Positions 20,830 to 31,128 of a stretch of DNA of 64,000 nucleotides are shown piece by piece. Location: contig CAXXVO010000015.1 in assembly GCA_963422645.2 (NCBI GenBank), positions 96,001-160,000 on the forward strand, read 5' to 3'. A program made the translations under genes and the position numbers. Each line of letters opens with the position of its first letter. The stretch's first letter is position 1. The notes beneath the pieces were generated by a model, which made no database searches, was not told the origin of the DNA, and was given only the letters and a program-made list of their open reading frames with translations. The DNA comes from Alphaproteobacteria bacterium. Its GTDB lineage: Bacteria; Pseudomonadota; Alphaproteobacteria; UBA828.

Positions 20830-21540
20830 CTATTCGTGCCCGTGAACGTGATCCTGGCCGACACGGATGCAGACCGGCACGGGCCGGTCGTTGTTGGGAT
20901 CGGGGGGCGAGGCGTGCATGTGCTCCAGCTCTTCGAGCACGACGGCGGTGATGTAGGGGAGCGGTAGCGCCATGGCCTCGGTCACCGAGACCCAGCGGAG
21001 GTCGAGCAGCTCGCCATTGCCGTCGAGGGTGCCCGACGCGTCATCCGCGCGCGCCAGGAAGAACCGCGCGTTGAAGCGGCGCGGCAGCCCCGGCGGAGTC
21101 ACCGCGCGGTAGATGTAGTCGAGCCTGTCCAGCGCGGGTGCCAGCCCGGTCGCATGGAAGTCCTGCCATTCGGGCCGCAGCTTCTCGTTCGCCGCCGGCG
21201 CCTCGACCCCGAGCGCGAGTCCGGTCTCCTCGAAGGTCTCGCGCACGGCCGCAGCGGCCAGCGAGCGGGCGCGCGCCGGCGTGCATGCGCGCGCGAGCCG
21301 CGCGGCGACGGCGGGTCTCAGCTCCGTCGCCGGGCGCACCCAGCGGTCGCAGGGTTCGACACCGCCGCCGGGAAACACGTACTGGTCCGGCATGAACACC
21401 TGGCGGCGGGGGCGGCGGCCCATCAGGACCTCGGGCCCGCCCGCGCCTTCGCGCACCAGAACCAGTGTTGCGGCGTCTTTGGGCCGGGGGCTGCGGCGGC
21501 TTACGCCATCGGCTCCCCGGCGGGCGGGCGCGTCAGTCAC
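20830..21540 (-). CDS. NUDIX hydrolase
   Basis: PKDAATLVL, YVFPGGGV, AAVRETFEETG, RRFNARFF; start uncertain. Confidence 0.85.
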   Translation of the reverse strand: MTDAPARRGADGVSRRSPRPKDAATLVLVREGAGGPEVLMGRRPRRQVFMPDQYVFPGGGVEPCDRWVRPATELRPAVAARLARACTPARARSLAAAAVRETFEETGLALGVEAPAANEKLRPEWQDFHATGLAPALDRLDYIYRAVTPPGLPRRFNARFFLARADDASGTLDGNGELLDLRWVSVTEAMALPLPYITAVVLEELEHMHASPPDPNNDRPVPVCIRVGQDHVHGHE

Positions 21541-21982
21541 TGGTGAAGAGCACGCCCCACTGGTTGTCGACGACCGCGCCCGCGCCCGAGACCGTGAAGT
21601 TGGAGGTGATGATCCCGGTCGCGCCTGCCAGTGGCCCGGTGCCGCCATCAATCTTCCAGCTGATCCCGCCATGGGTGAGCCCGTCTTGCGCGCTCGGCCC
21701 CATCCATCCGGTTCCGATGGTGCTGAAGTCGAGCGTGCCGGCCTCACCGAAGTCGATGGTGCCGTCCTCGGTGAATTCACCGTCCTCGAGCATCTGCACG
21801 TTCGAGGTGAACGACGCCCGCTGCGATGCCGCCTCGTCGATGGAGACTGTGGGCCCGCTCGCGCCCAGTGCGGTCGTGAGCGCATTCGTGGTGGAGCCCG
21901 TCTTGGCCCAAAGCTCGTTCTCCTTGCCCTCCTGCGGCCCGGCGGACCCCCTGAACTGCATGGCGTAACTGATCTGGCTCAT
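21533..21982 (-). CDS. hypothetical beta-rich protein (dirigent/AOC-barrel-like motif)
   Basis: IDGGTGPLAGATG motif; RBS GGGAG upstream; coding-like codon usage. Confidence 0.65.
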   Translation of the reverse strand: MSQISYAMQFRGSAGPQEGKENELWAKTGSTTNALTTALGASGPTVSIDEAASQRASFTSNVQMLEDGEFTEDGTIDFGEAGTLDFSTIGTGWMGPSAQDGLTHGGISWKIDGGTGPLAGATGIITSNFTVSGAGAVVDNQWGVLFTSD

Positions 21983-22253
21983 TCCTGACTCTCCCTCATA
22001 TCCGCACGGCCCCGGCTCATGCGGGAGCCCCGCCGTTCCGATTCCCGGCGCATCTTACGCGCAAGCGCCGAGCTTGCCGATGGTCGATCGGCGATCTCTC
22101 CACCCTAGCGGCGAACGTTGCGCTGTGGTGGCGTTTCCGTTACCTCTCAAGGCTGTACGGAAGGACCAAGGCACGGCGGGCCGGCATGGGCGTGAGCGGC
22201 ATGACGGGCACGGTTGCTGACCCCGCCGGCGGCACGGTGGTGAAGGCGCGCGC

Positions 22254-23168
22254 ATGACGGTCGCCGCGGGCCGGGAGCGGCACTTCGCACGTCGCGCAAA
22301 CCTCTTCGCCGACCGGCATTTCAAGTGGCTGGTGATCGCGCCGTCGATCATCGTGCTGCTGCTGATCGGCCTCTATCCGCTGATCTACACCGGCATCGTC
22401 AGCTTCCAAGACATCACCATGCTGGCCGAGGACACCTCCTGGTCCGGCGGCAAGCATTATGCGGCGCTCTTCTCCGACACGCGGCTCTGGGAGGCGATGG
22501 GCCACACCTTCCTGATCCTGGCCATCGCGCTTCCCATCGAGCTGGTGCTGGGCTTGCTGATGGCGCAGCTCTTCCTCGAAAAGATGCCGCTCAAGCAGGT
22601 GTTCGTCGCGCTCCTCATCATCCCGACCGTCATCTCGCCGATCGTCGCGGGCTCCACCTGGCGGCTGATGTTCGACAATCAGTACGGGCCGATAAACCAG
22701 ATCATCGGCTGGTTCTCGTCGGATCCGGTTGCGATCCTCTGGCTCTCGCGGCCGGAATGGGTCTATCCGGCGATTCTGGTCTGCGAGGTGTGGCAGTGGA
22801 CGCCATTCATGTTCCTGATCCTGCTGGCCGCTCTCTCCAACGTCGACCGTAGCCTGATCGAGGCGGCCGAGATCGACGGCGCCTCGTTCTGGAAGATCTT
22901 CTTCAGGATCACGCTGCCGGTGATCAAGCCGGTGCTCGTCATCGCCATCCTGATCCGTGCGCTCGATCTCTTCCGCATCTTCGACATCATCTGGGCGATG
23001 ACCAAGGGCGGACCCGGTACGATGACCGAGACAATTTCGATCTACGCGTACATCCGGGCTTTCAAGGAATTCGAGACGAGCTATGCGGGGGCGATCGCCT
23101 TCCTGGTGATCATTCTGCTCTCGATCATCGTCATATTCGCGCTCAAACGGGTGGAGATCGCCCGATGA
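22254..23168 (+). CDS. carbohydrate (CUT1) ABC transporter permease
   Basis: VWQWTPFMFLILLA, EAAEIDGA (EAA loop). Confidence 0.92.
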   Translation: MTVAAGRERHFARRANLFADRHFKWLVIAPSIIVLLLIGLYPLIYTGIVSFQDITMLAEDTSWSGGKHYAALFSDTRLWEAMGHTFLILAIALPIELVLGLLMAQLFLEKMPLKQVFVALLIIPTVISPIVAGSTWRLMFDNQYGPINQIIGWFSSDPVAILWLSRPEWVYPAILVCEVWQWTPFMFLILLAALSNVDRSLIEAAEIDGASFWKIFFRITLPVIKPVLVIAILIRALDLFRIFDIIWAMTKGGPGTMTETISIYAYIRAFKEFETSYAGAIAFLVIILLSIIVIFALKRVEIAR

Positions 23169-24040
23169 CGGCGTCCGACACGTCCGCCTCTCAACCTGCC
23201 AGCAGGTGGCCGCGCTGGCTCACGCGCGAGCGGCGCCGCATGGCCTGGCGCTTCCTGATCGCGCTGGTGGTGCTCGTCTTCTTCCTCTTCCCGGTCTACT
23301 GGCTCTTCATCACCTCGATCAAATCGGCAGGCGATATCTTCGCCCGCCCGCCGGTCTGGTTCCCGAACGAGCCGAACTTCCGCATCTTCGGGGTCCTGTT
23401 CAAGGACGGCGACGTCTGGGCGATCTACAACAGCCTGATCATCGCCAGCGTCTCCACCGTCGTCGCCATGATACTCGGCACCGCAGCCGCGTACTCCCTC
23501 GCGCGCTTCAAGACCGGCGGGCAGAACCTCGCGATCTGGATCATCTCGCAGCGGATGATCCCGCCCATCGTCGTCGTCTTCCCAATCTTCCTGCTCTTCG
23601 TCTGGTTCGGCTGGATCGACAGCTACGTCGGGCTGATTCTGCTCTACATCGCGTTCAACCTGCCCTACGTGATCTGGATGATGCGCGGCTATATCGAGGA
23701 CATCCCGGTCGAGGTGGAGGAGAGCGCGCTCACCGACGGCTGCTCCCGCTGGCAGGCGCTGCGCAAGATCGTCTTCCCCATGGCGCGCACCGGCATCTTC
23801 GCGACGGCGGTGTTCACCTTCATCTTCGCCTGGAACGAGTTCGTCTTCGCGCTGATCCTGACCCGCACGGACGTGCTCACCTTCCCCGTGCTGGTCACCC
23901 ATTACTACGGCGCTCAGTCGACCTTCTGGGCGAAGATCGCGGCGCTCTCGGTGCTGGGCACGCTGCCGGTGTTCTTCGCGGTGGCGACGCTGCAGCGCTT
24001 CCTCGTGCGCGGGATCACCATGGGCGCGGTCAAGGGGTAG
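23165..24040 (+). CDS. carbohydrate (CUT1) ABC transporter permease
   Basis: EESALTDGC, FAWNEF, GITMGAVKG. Confidence 0.92.
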   Translation: MTASDTSASQPASRWPRWLTRERRRMAWRFLIALVVLVFFLFPVYWLFITSIKSAGDIFARPPVWFPNEPNFRIFGVLFKDGDVWAIYNSLIIASVSTVVAMILGTAAAYSLARFKTGGQNLAIWIISQRMIPPIVVVFPIFLLFVWFGWIDSYVGLILLYIAFNLPYVIWMMRGYIEDIPVEVEESALTDGCSRWQALRKIVFPMARTGIFATAVFTFIFAWNEFVFALILTRTDVLTFPVLVTHYYGAQSTFWAKIAALSVLGTLPVFFAVATLQRFLVRGITMGAVKG

Positions 24041-24050
24041 GAGAAGCGCG

Positions 24051-25148
24051 ATGGCCGGAGTCAGGTTGCGCGGCGTGCACAAGCGTTTCGGCAAGGTCCA
24101 TGCCGTGCGCGGGGTGGACATCGAGATTCCCGACCGCGCGTTTACCGTGCTGGTGGGGCCGTCCGGCTGCGGCAAGAGCACGCTGCTCCGCATGATCGCG
24201 GGGCTCGAGGAGATGACCGAGGGCACGGTGGAGATCGAGGGCGCGGTGGTCAACGACGTCCGGCCCAAGGACCGGGACGTCGCGATGGTGTTCCAGAACT
24301 ACGCGCTCTACCCGCACATGTCGGTGTTCGAGAACGTGGCCTTCGGGCTCAGGATGCGAAACGCGCCCAATGCCGAGATTCGCCCGCGGGTGGAGCGGGC
24401 TGCGGCCATGCTGGGGATCTCGGATCTGCTCGACCGCCAGCCGCGTCAGCTTTCCGGCGGCCAGCGCCAGCGCGTCGCCATGGGCCGCGCCCTGGTGCGG
24501 GATGCGAAGCTCTATCTCTTCGATGAGCCGCTCAGTAACCTCGACGCCCAGCTCCGCGACGAGATGCGCACCGAGATCAAGCGGCTGCATCAAGACATGC
24601 AGCGGACCATGATCTACGTCACCCACGATCAGGTCGAGGCGATGACGCTGGCCGACCGCATCGTGCTGCTGCGCGACGGACAAATCGAGCAGGAGGGGCC
24701 GCCGCTGGAGCTCTACGAGCGGCCGCAGACCCGCTTCGTCGCGGCCTTCATCGGCTCGCCGGCGATGAACTTCGCTCCGGCGCAGATCGAGGCGGCGGAC
24801 GGCGCGGTCACGGTCCTGGCCGGTGACGATGCTTTCGCCCTGCCGCCGGAACGCGCCGCGCGCCACGCCGGCGACGGCGGGCGCACGGTGCTACTCGGCA
24901 TCAGGCCCGAGCACATGTACCGGGCCGAGGGCGAGGCACCCCGGCCCGATTGCGCGCGGCTCGTGACCACGGTCGAGATTGTCGAGCCCATGGGCGCCAA
25001 CACCCTCGTCAACTTCCACCTGGGCGAGACCTCGATGCTCGTGCGCCTGGAAGGCTCCGCCGCCGAGCAGCCGGGGGATTCGCTCCCGCTCGATGTGGAC
25101 ATGAGCCGGGCCGTCCTCGTCGATCCCGAGAGCGAGCGGGTGATCTGA
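24051..25148 (+). CDS. ABC transporter ATP-binding protein (MalK/UgpC type)
   Basis: GPSGCGKST, LSGGQRQR, DEPLSNLD, TOBE tail. Confidence 0.94.
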   Translation: MAGVRLRGVHKRFGKVHAVRGVDIEIPDRAFTVLVGPSGCGKSTLLRMIAGLEEMTEGTVEIEGAVVNDVRPKDRDVAMVFQNYALYPHMSVFENVAFGLRMRNAPNAEIRPRVERAAAMLGISDLLDRQPRQLSGGQRQRVAMGRALVRDAKLYLFDEPLSNLDAQLRDEMRTEIKRLHQDMQRTMIYVTHDQVEAMTLADRIVLLRDGQIEQEGPPLELYERPQTRFVAAFIGSPAMNFAPAQIEAADGAVTVLAGDDAFALPPERAARHAGDGGRTVLLGIRPEHMYRAEGEAPRPDCARLVTTVEIVEPMGANTLVNFHLGETSMLVRLEGSAAEQPGDSLPLDVDMSRAVLVDPESERVI

Positions 25149-25159
25149 AGTCGCTCGAT

Positions 25160-26035
25160 TCAGCCGGTTGTTGACAGCGTGCCGATCCCGGCAATGACGA
25201 TGGCGACGCCCAGCCACTGAAGCGGCATCACCGGCTCGCGCAGGATTATCCGCGCCAGCAGGATCGACACCACCGAGTAGGCGGAGCCGGTGACCATCGC
25301 GAACTCGCCGTTCTCCAGCGCGAGCCCGGCATAAAGGAGGACATAGGCGAGGGTGTCCATCAGGGTGATGAGGAGGATCAGCGGCCACGCGCTGAGCGGC
25401 ATGCGCGGCAGCCTGCGCATGCCGAGAAAGGCACCGCCCAGGGCGATGGCGCCGACAATCCGCCCCGACAGCAGGGTCATCAGGAGGCCGTAACGCTCGA
25501 CTGCGTGATCGGCGGCCAGCATGGCGACGGCAAAGCAGAACGCGGCGCCGATCGCCGTTGGCACGGCGCGGCGCAGCACCGCCGGCGCGTAGTCCGGCTT
25601 GTCGCCGCTGTCCACGCGGGAGACCGCGAGCGCCACCAGCCAGACCCCGCCGAGCGTGGCGGCCATCGCAACCCAGTGGATGGGCTCCGGCCGCGCGCCG
25701 AAGACGACCGTCATCGGCACCGCGAATGCCGGATAGCTGGAGGCGATCGGCGAGCCGAGAGAGACCGGGCCACGGGTGACGGCGTCGAACAGCAAGAGCG
25801 TCGCCAACATGGTGGCGACACCGTTGAGGACCAGCAGCCAGAGGCCGGAAAGCTCCCAGACCAGCGTCTCGCCGCTGGCAACGACGTAGATGCCGATGCC
25901 GAGGCTGCCGAGCAGCATGATGCCGAGCAGCGCCTGCGGCGGGCCAATGGCGCGCCCGACGAAGCGGGCCGCAAAGTCGCCGACGCCAAAGCTGCCCGCA
26001 GCGGCCGCTCCGAACAGTGCCGACCCGGCGATCAT
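25160..26035 (-). CDS. DMT/EamA family transporter
   Basis: About 10 hydrophobic segments in two EamA-like halves. Confidence 0.85.
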   Translation of the reverse strand: MIAGSALFGAAAAGSFGVGDFAARFVGRAIGPPQALLGIMLLGSLGIGIYVVASGETLVWELSGLWLLVLNGVATMLATLLLFDAVTRGPVSLGSPIASSYPAFAVPMTVVFGARPEPIHWVAMAATLGGVWLVALAVSRVDSGDKPDYAPAVLRRAVPTAIGAAFCFAVAMLAADHAVERYGLLMTLLSGRIVGAIALGGAFLGMRRLPRMPLSAWPLILLITLMDTLAYVLLYAGLALENGEFAMVTGSAYSVVSILLARIILREPVMPLQWLGVAIVIAGIGTLSTTG

Positions 26036-26278
26036 GGTCTGCCCGGCTCGACCGCGATGGCCGCCCGACCGAGAGAGGCCGCGCACGCAATCGACCCGCG
26101 TTTCATCGGCATACCTTGTTCACCTTGTGGTGGGAGGCCCCCAAACACACCGCTGAGGCGGGTCGCGACAATCACACCCTCAGGTTAAGTCCGGGATCGC
26201 CCGGGACATAGCGGGATATAGGAGGACGCGCCGCCATCGTGGCCCCGCATGCGAGGCCCGGCATCGCCGCCGCAACGC

Positions 26279-26959
26279 TCAGGGCTCGCCGATCTCGCCC
26301 AGGATCGCGTCGGACGGGATGACCCGCGCGTAGCCGCGCCGGAGCGTCTTCAGCTCCGCCTCGTGCAGGTCCCGGTTGTCGGTCGCGGTCACGTCGCTGC
26401 CGAAGATGACCTTGTAGTCGCGGAAGAACGCGTCCCGCGCGGTCGCGCCGCAGCAGTAATTCGTCATGCAGCCCGTGATGATCACCGTGTCCACGTCGCA
26501 CCCGCGCAGATAAGTGTGCAGGTCCGTATCGAAGAAGGCGCTGTAGCGGTGCTTCTGGATCACCTTCTCGCCCGGCTCCGGCGCGATCTCGTGGTAGGTG
26601 GGCACGTCGTCCGCGCCGATCCGGAGCGCGCCCTCCCTGATCGGCCGGTTGAGCGGCACGTCCCACATCAATCCCTTTTCCCGGCTCGTGGCGTCGTGGG
26701 CGTGCTCGGTGAAGATGACGGGGATGCCGAGCGTGCGGCAGCGCTCGATCAGCGCCTTGACGCGGGGCAGGATCCGAAGGTTTTCCGGGGTCCACATGCG
26801 CGCGCCTTCGGCAACGAACCCCTCCTGAAGGTCGATCACCAGCAGCGCCGTCTTGCCTGGATCGATGGGAAAGTCGGGGTTGGACGCTTCGTATTGATCG
26901 GCCGCGCGCTCGAGGATTTCCGCCTCGCCCGGAAACGCTTGATCAGCCCCGCCCGCCAT
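26279..26959 (-). CDS. isochorismatase-family cysteine hydrolase
   Basis: LLVIDLQ, KHRYSAF, GCMTNYCC (D-K-C triad). Confidence 0.9.
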   Translation of the reverse strand: MAGGADQAFPGEAEILERAADQYEASNPDFPIDPGKTALLVIDLQEGFVAEGARMWTPENLRILPRVKALIERCRTLGIPVIFTEHAHDATSREKGLMWDVPLNRPIREGALRIGADDVPTYHEIAPEPGEKVIQKHRYSAFFDTDLHTYLRGCDVDTVIITGCMTNYCCGATARDAFFRDYKVIFGSDVTATDNRDLHEAELKTLRRGYARVIPSDAILGEIGEP

Positions 26960-27164
26960 GCCGGCTTCCTCCCTCGTCTCTGCCCGTCCCGGCGCCCGCC
27001 TGGTCAGGGCCGGCTCGTCCGCCAGAAATCCGAGAGTACCCCACACCGCCGGATTTGCGGACGCCCAAAGCCGGAATCATTTGGAGGTCGTGCACGCGCT
27101 AATTCGTTTTGTACATTAATTACTTGGCAAAATGATTCTGGTGACCGGTTGGAGAGGGCCGAGA

Positions 27165-27338
27165 GTGGAATTCGCCGATCGCGAGAGCTTCGCCAAGCAC
27201 CGGCCCCAGGCAGCGCTGACCGTGGCGCGCCCGGAACTGCTCGTCGACGGCTCCGACGACGCCTTCCGTCAGATGATCCATGACGCGCTGGCGTTCGCCT
27301 CACGGCTGCAGGCGGGGCGCGAGGAACCTCCCCCGTGA
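27165..27338 (+). pseudogene. N-terminal fragment of a probable MarR-family regulator
   Basis: LTVARPELLVDGSDDAFRQMIHDALAF resembles the N-terminus of an alphaproteobacterial MarR subfamily and ends before any HTH. An AT-rich operator-like stretch lies at 27100-27122. Confidence 0.5.
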
Positions 27339-27394
27339 CCGCCGGATGACGGCGATGCTCTTCTAGCAGTCGTTGAGCGCCCGCGCGTCTGGCG

Positions 27395-28525
27395 TCAGTC
27401 CCAGAAGTACATGGGCGTGTTGGTGAGCATCTCGATGCCGTCTTCCTTGACGATGAAGTTCTGCTCGAAACCCGCGGCCCCCACGCCCTTGCGCATGAGG
27501 AAGGCCTCGGAGCTGCACACCATGTTGGCCTCGATCACCTCGTCGTCGGTGCAGGTCTCTGCGCCGTAGATCGGGCGCTCGAAATAGAGACCGCAGCTAT
27601 GCCCATAGAGCGGCCACTGCTCGCCGGCCTGGTCGGGATCGCCATGCGCCTCCTCCGTCAGCCTGTCGCCGATACGCGCGAGCTCCTTGGCCGCTATGCC
27701 CGGCCTGAATGCCTCGATCACACCTTCGACGATGCCGCCGCAGGCCTCGATGAGATCGCGCTGTGCGCTGGTTGGCCGGCCGCGCACTGTGGTCCGCCCG
27801 GGATCGAGCCAGTAGCCCTTGCACATCGGGCCCATCAACCAGGCGCGCACCATGTCGCCCTCTTTGGGTGCGTCGGCACTGGCGCCGGTGAGGGACTCCC
27901 GGGCGAAGTTGGTCATCTCCCGGTCCACGCCGTGGGAGCAGCGAATGATCGTCGGCACACCGCCGCGTTCAACGACTATCTTTGCTGCCTCGCCGGCCGC
28001 CTCGCGCTCTGACTTGCCGACGAGCAGCCCCTTCATCATGGCATCCAGCCCGAGCGTCACGGTCTCACCGCCTTCCCGAAAGGCGTCGAGCTCGAGCGGA
28101 CTCTTGATCAGGCGCGGCTTCTGAACGAGGTCGTCCTCGAACACCCACTCGATATCGGGGGTCATCGCCTCGAGCTGGCGCATGTACTTCACGCCGAAGA
28201 AGTCGCTGCCGACGAGCGCCACGCGTCCCGAGATGCCGCGACGGTTGAGCTCCTTGGCCACGCCCTCCACCGGGTTCATGTGCCAATCCACCCGATCGGT
28301 GGCGACGTCCTCGGCGCGGGGTGACGGCTCGTCCATGTGAAGATGCGGCGTCTCGCCGCTTTGCATGATCACGGCGGCATGCGCCCGTGCGCTCCACAGA
28401 GGAACCTCGGGCTCATGGCCGGAATGGCAGGAATACCAGTTGGAGAGATAGAGCACGTCGGCACAACGCTCGTGAGTGCTGGCGCTGCGGCTCCAGATCA
28501 CGGCGACGTCGTAGCCGCGATTTTT
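27395..28525 (-). pseudogene. M24 (Xaa-Pro peptidase/creatinase-like) protein, 5' end lost at the IS66 junction
   Basis: RLIKSPLE, GYWLDPGRT, GHSCGLYFE, FEQNFIV. The frame runs directly into the IS IR at 28526. Confidence 0.8.
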
Positions 28526-28690
28526 GTAACTGCCCAGGTACCCCCTCTCTCTTATGGAACAAGCCAGTTCCTTTTGCGTCAACGCCCCCACGCCGCGGGG
28601 GTGCCTACTCTCTTGAGCGCGAGAGGATGATGAACGCCGCGTCGCGAACAAGATGAGAGGACAGCGATACTCAGGATGAGCCGGAGAAGT

Positions 28691-30229
28691 TCAGGAGCGC
28701 AGTATAGGGATCAGCTGCATCGGTTCCGGGTGCGCCAGGATTTGCAGGATGTTCCAGCCTTGCTTTCGAGCGGTGACGATGACGCTGCGCATTCCGGCGA
28801 AGTTGCAGGCGCCTTGCAGGGAGCGGAAGCCGCCTGAGATCTTCTCATGCACTTTGTTCATACGGATGTCACGCTCCGCCTCGTTATTCGTGAACGGCGT
28901 GCGCAGGTCGGTGAGGAAGCGCAGGCAGCCCTCCTTATGCTTTTGAAGGCGGCGCGCGAGGTTGTGGCCGATGCGGCGTTTCTTTCGCCCTCGCTTTGCG
29001 ATCTGGAGCGGCGGTTGGGCCTCATGGAAGGCGATGGCTTCTTCGAGGATACGGTCCCATGCCCTTGAGATGCGGGCCACCAGGGAGGCGGGGACTTGAC
29101 GGTCTTTCTCACGGGCGAAGCGGGCGGCCCTGCGCGCGCGCTGAAGCAGGCGGTGCATGCTCGCCGCCCATTCCTCCTTCTCGATGTCGATCAGGGCCTG
29201 GAGTTCGCGCAGGTGATGTGCGTTGCAGGCGCCGTGGCGGACGCCCTTGATGGTGAAGTAGGGGGCGAAGTCGTCGTGGACGAGGATGCCTTTCAGGTTC
29301 TTTTCGACATCGCCGCGTCCCTCGCCGATGCGCAGGACGGTGAGCAACGGGGTGCACAGCACATGGAGCCAGCGGGTACGGGCGGCGATACGCAGGCCGG
29401 TCTCGTCGAGGTGCTTGACCGGCGCCTGCGTGCGGATCAGATCGGCGACATGGTCGAGGAAGCCCTCGAAGCGCTGCGCTGTGCGCCGGCCCATGGCGGC
29501 GATCGTGGCAGTGGAGATGGACACCGCGAAGATGTCGCTCATGAGTTCGGCCAGACGCTTCTCGGGCACGAACTGGGCGTACAGCAGGTAACTCACCCAA
29601 GCGGTGATGCGAGGGCCGTACTGGACCGGGGCGGTGACGCCCGGCGGGAAGGCGGCTCGTGTCAGCGTGCCGCATGCGCCGCAGAGGCAGCGATGGGCGC
29701 GGTGTTCGGTGACCTCGAGAGGCTGCGGCTCGGGTACGTCGAAGACCTGCCGACAGGCGGGCGCGCCTTGCCGGTCGGCGTCCGAGAGCTCGACGCCACA
29801 GCCGGAACAGGTGGAGGGGTGGTGATCGACGACACGGTCCGGGCTGTCGCTCCGCGCGAGGGTGGTTCCCTTGTGGCCGGGCTGGCCGCCACTGGGCCCG
29901 CCGGACTTTCCGCGCTGGCTTTGGGTGCGCCTCTGGGCTCCGCTTTTCTTCTTGAGCCCGTCGCTGGCGGGGGGCTTGCTGCTTGTGGTGCTGTTGAGGG
30001 CCGCGCTGCGCTCGAGTTCGGCGATGCGCTCGCGCAGGGCCGCGTTCTCCTGCTCGAGTGCGGCATTTTCCCGGGCGAGCGCGGTGGCTGATCGCAGCAG
30101 CCCCTGCCCCCATTCCCGGACGGCAACGACGACAGTGGTTGCGAGGGATGATGGCTCGAGAAGCTCCTTCAGGCAGCAGAAGGCCTCGTTACGGGCGGCG
30201 AGGTCTTCGTGCCAGTGCGACACCGTCAC
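28691..30229 (-). CDS. IS66 family transposase
   Basis: Same protein as 2213-3751. Confidence 0.93.
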   Translation of the reverse strand: MTVSHWHEDLAARNEAFCCLKELLEPSSLATTVVVAVREWGQGLLRSATALARENAALEQENAALRERIAELERSAALNSTTSSKPPASDGLKKKSGAQRRTQSQRGKSGGPSGGQPGHKGTTLARSDSPDRVVDHHPSTCSGCGVELSDADRQGAPACRQVFDVPEPQPLEVTEHRAHRCLCGACGTLTRAAFPPGVTAPVQYGPRITAWVSYLLYAQFVPEKRLAELMSDIFAVSISTATIAAMGRRTAQRFEGFLDHVADLIRTQAPVKHLDETGLRIAARTRWLHVLCTPLLTVLRIGEGRGDVEKNLKGILVHDDFAPYFTIKGVRHGACNAHHLRELQALIDIEKEEWAASMHRLLQRARRAARFAREKDRQVPASLVARISRAWDRILEEAIAFHEAQPPLQIAKRGRKKRRIGHNLARRLQKHKEGCLRFLTDLRTPFTNNEAERDIRMNKVHEKISGGFRSLQGACNFAGMRSVIVTARKQGWNILQILAHPEPMQLIPILRS

Positions 30230-30891
30230 GTGTCTTCGGCCTCGACGGCCATCATGGCGGCGAGCACGGCGAGGCGTTCGCCCGGCGGCAAGGCCTGGTA
30301 GCGCCGGCCCCAGTTGGCTGCCTTGCGCTTGATGCGCTGGCGGTCGGTGAAGTTCCGGCCTGCGTGGCTGGCCCAATGCATCCGGTCGGGGGCGTAGTTG
30401 AACCAGACGACCTCGGTTCGCACCAGACCCTGGGTCGTGACCTGCAGCGCCAGCCGGCGCCATCCCGCCAGCACCTCGTCATAGAGCGCCGACGGATGGC
30501 CCGAGATCATGACCTGGCAGGGCAGAGCCTTGAGCAGCGCGAGAAGCGCGACGTGGCCGGCCTCCTCGTACTCGAAGCGGTAGCGCTGCGCCGAGCGGCG
30601 GGTCGCGTGCAGATAGGGCGGATCGCTGTAAACCAGCTCCGGGCCCAGGAACGGGAACGAGGCCAGGAAGTCATGGGCACAGCCGTGAACCAGATCGACC
30701 GGGTAGTCGCAGACGAAGGCCTCGAGCGCCTGCGCATCGCGGTCGATGCCGATCGAACGCACGGCCGGCGGCTTGCGCTTCGTCAGCGCCCCGCCCCCAA
30801 GGTGGCTTTCGATGTAGACGGAGTGCGGCGGCATCAGCGCAATCAGCGCTTGGCACAGACCTGCTGTCGCCTTCGAGCCGAAATACCCCAT
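30226..30891 (-). CDS. DNA adenine methyltransferase (Dam/D12-like), IS passenger
   Basis: MGYFGSK, IESHLGGGA (motif I), YSDPPY (motif IV), E.VWFNY; M37T relative to copy 3. Confidence 0.88.
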   Translation of the reverse strand: MGYFGSKATAGLCQALIALMPPHSVYIESHLGGGALTKRKPPAVRSIGIDRDAQALEAFVCDYPVDLVHGCAHDFLASFPFLGPELVYSDPPYLHATRRSAQRYRFEYEEAGHVALLALLKALPCQVMISGHPSALYDEVLAGWRRLALQVTTQGLVRTEVVWFNYAPDRMHWASHAGRNFTDRQRIKRKAANWGRRYQALPPGERLAVLAAMMAVEAEDT

Positions 30892-31128
30892 GGACCGCTC
30901 CCGTCACGCGAGAGAGCAGTCCATAGTCCCGCAACTCTATGAGGTCAAGAACCAATCGCGGTGGCAGAACCAGGCCGCGGCCGCCGCCATAATCACCGTC
31001 CTCAACTCAGGATTGGGGTACCTGGGTAGTTACGATTTGTCATTTTGGGCCAGTGGATTGAGGCGTTTCTCGTTCGGAGTTGGTGGAAAGGGCTTGACGG
31101 GAATTTCGGGAAATGACTCAACAACGAC

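Larger units (their letters stand above)
28526..31033 (-). mobile_element. IS66-MTase element, copy 2 (complete, 2508 bp, no TSD)
   Basis: IRs GTAACT(G/A)CCCAGGTACCCC at both ends; flanks CGATTTTT and GATTTGTC differ. Confidence 0.95.

Noticed and set aside
3917-28525. Inversion between inverted IS66-MTase copies 1 and 2
   Set aside because: The flanks do not cross-match (GATGAATC versus GACAAATC), so it cannot be supported from this window.
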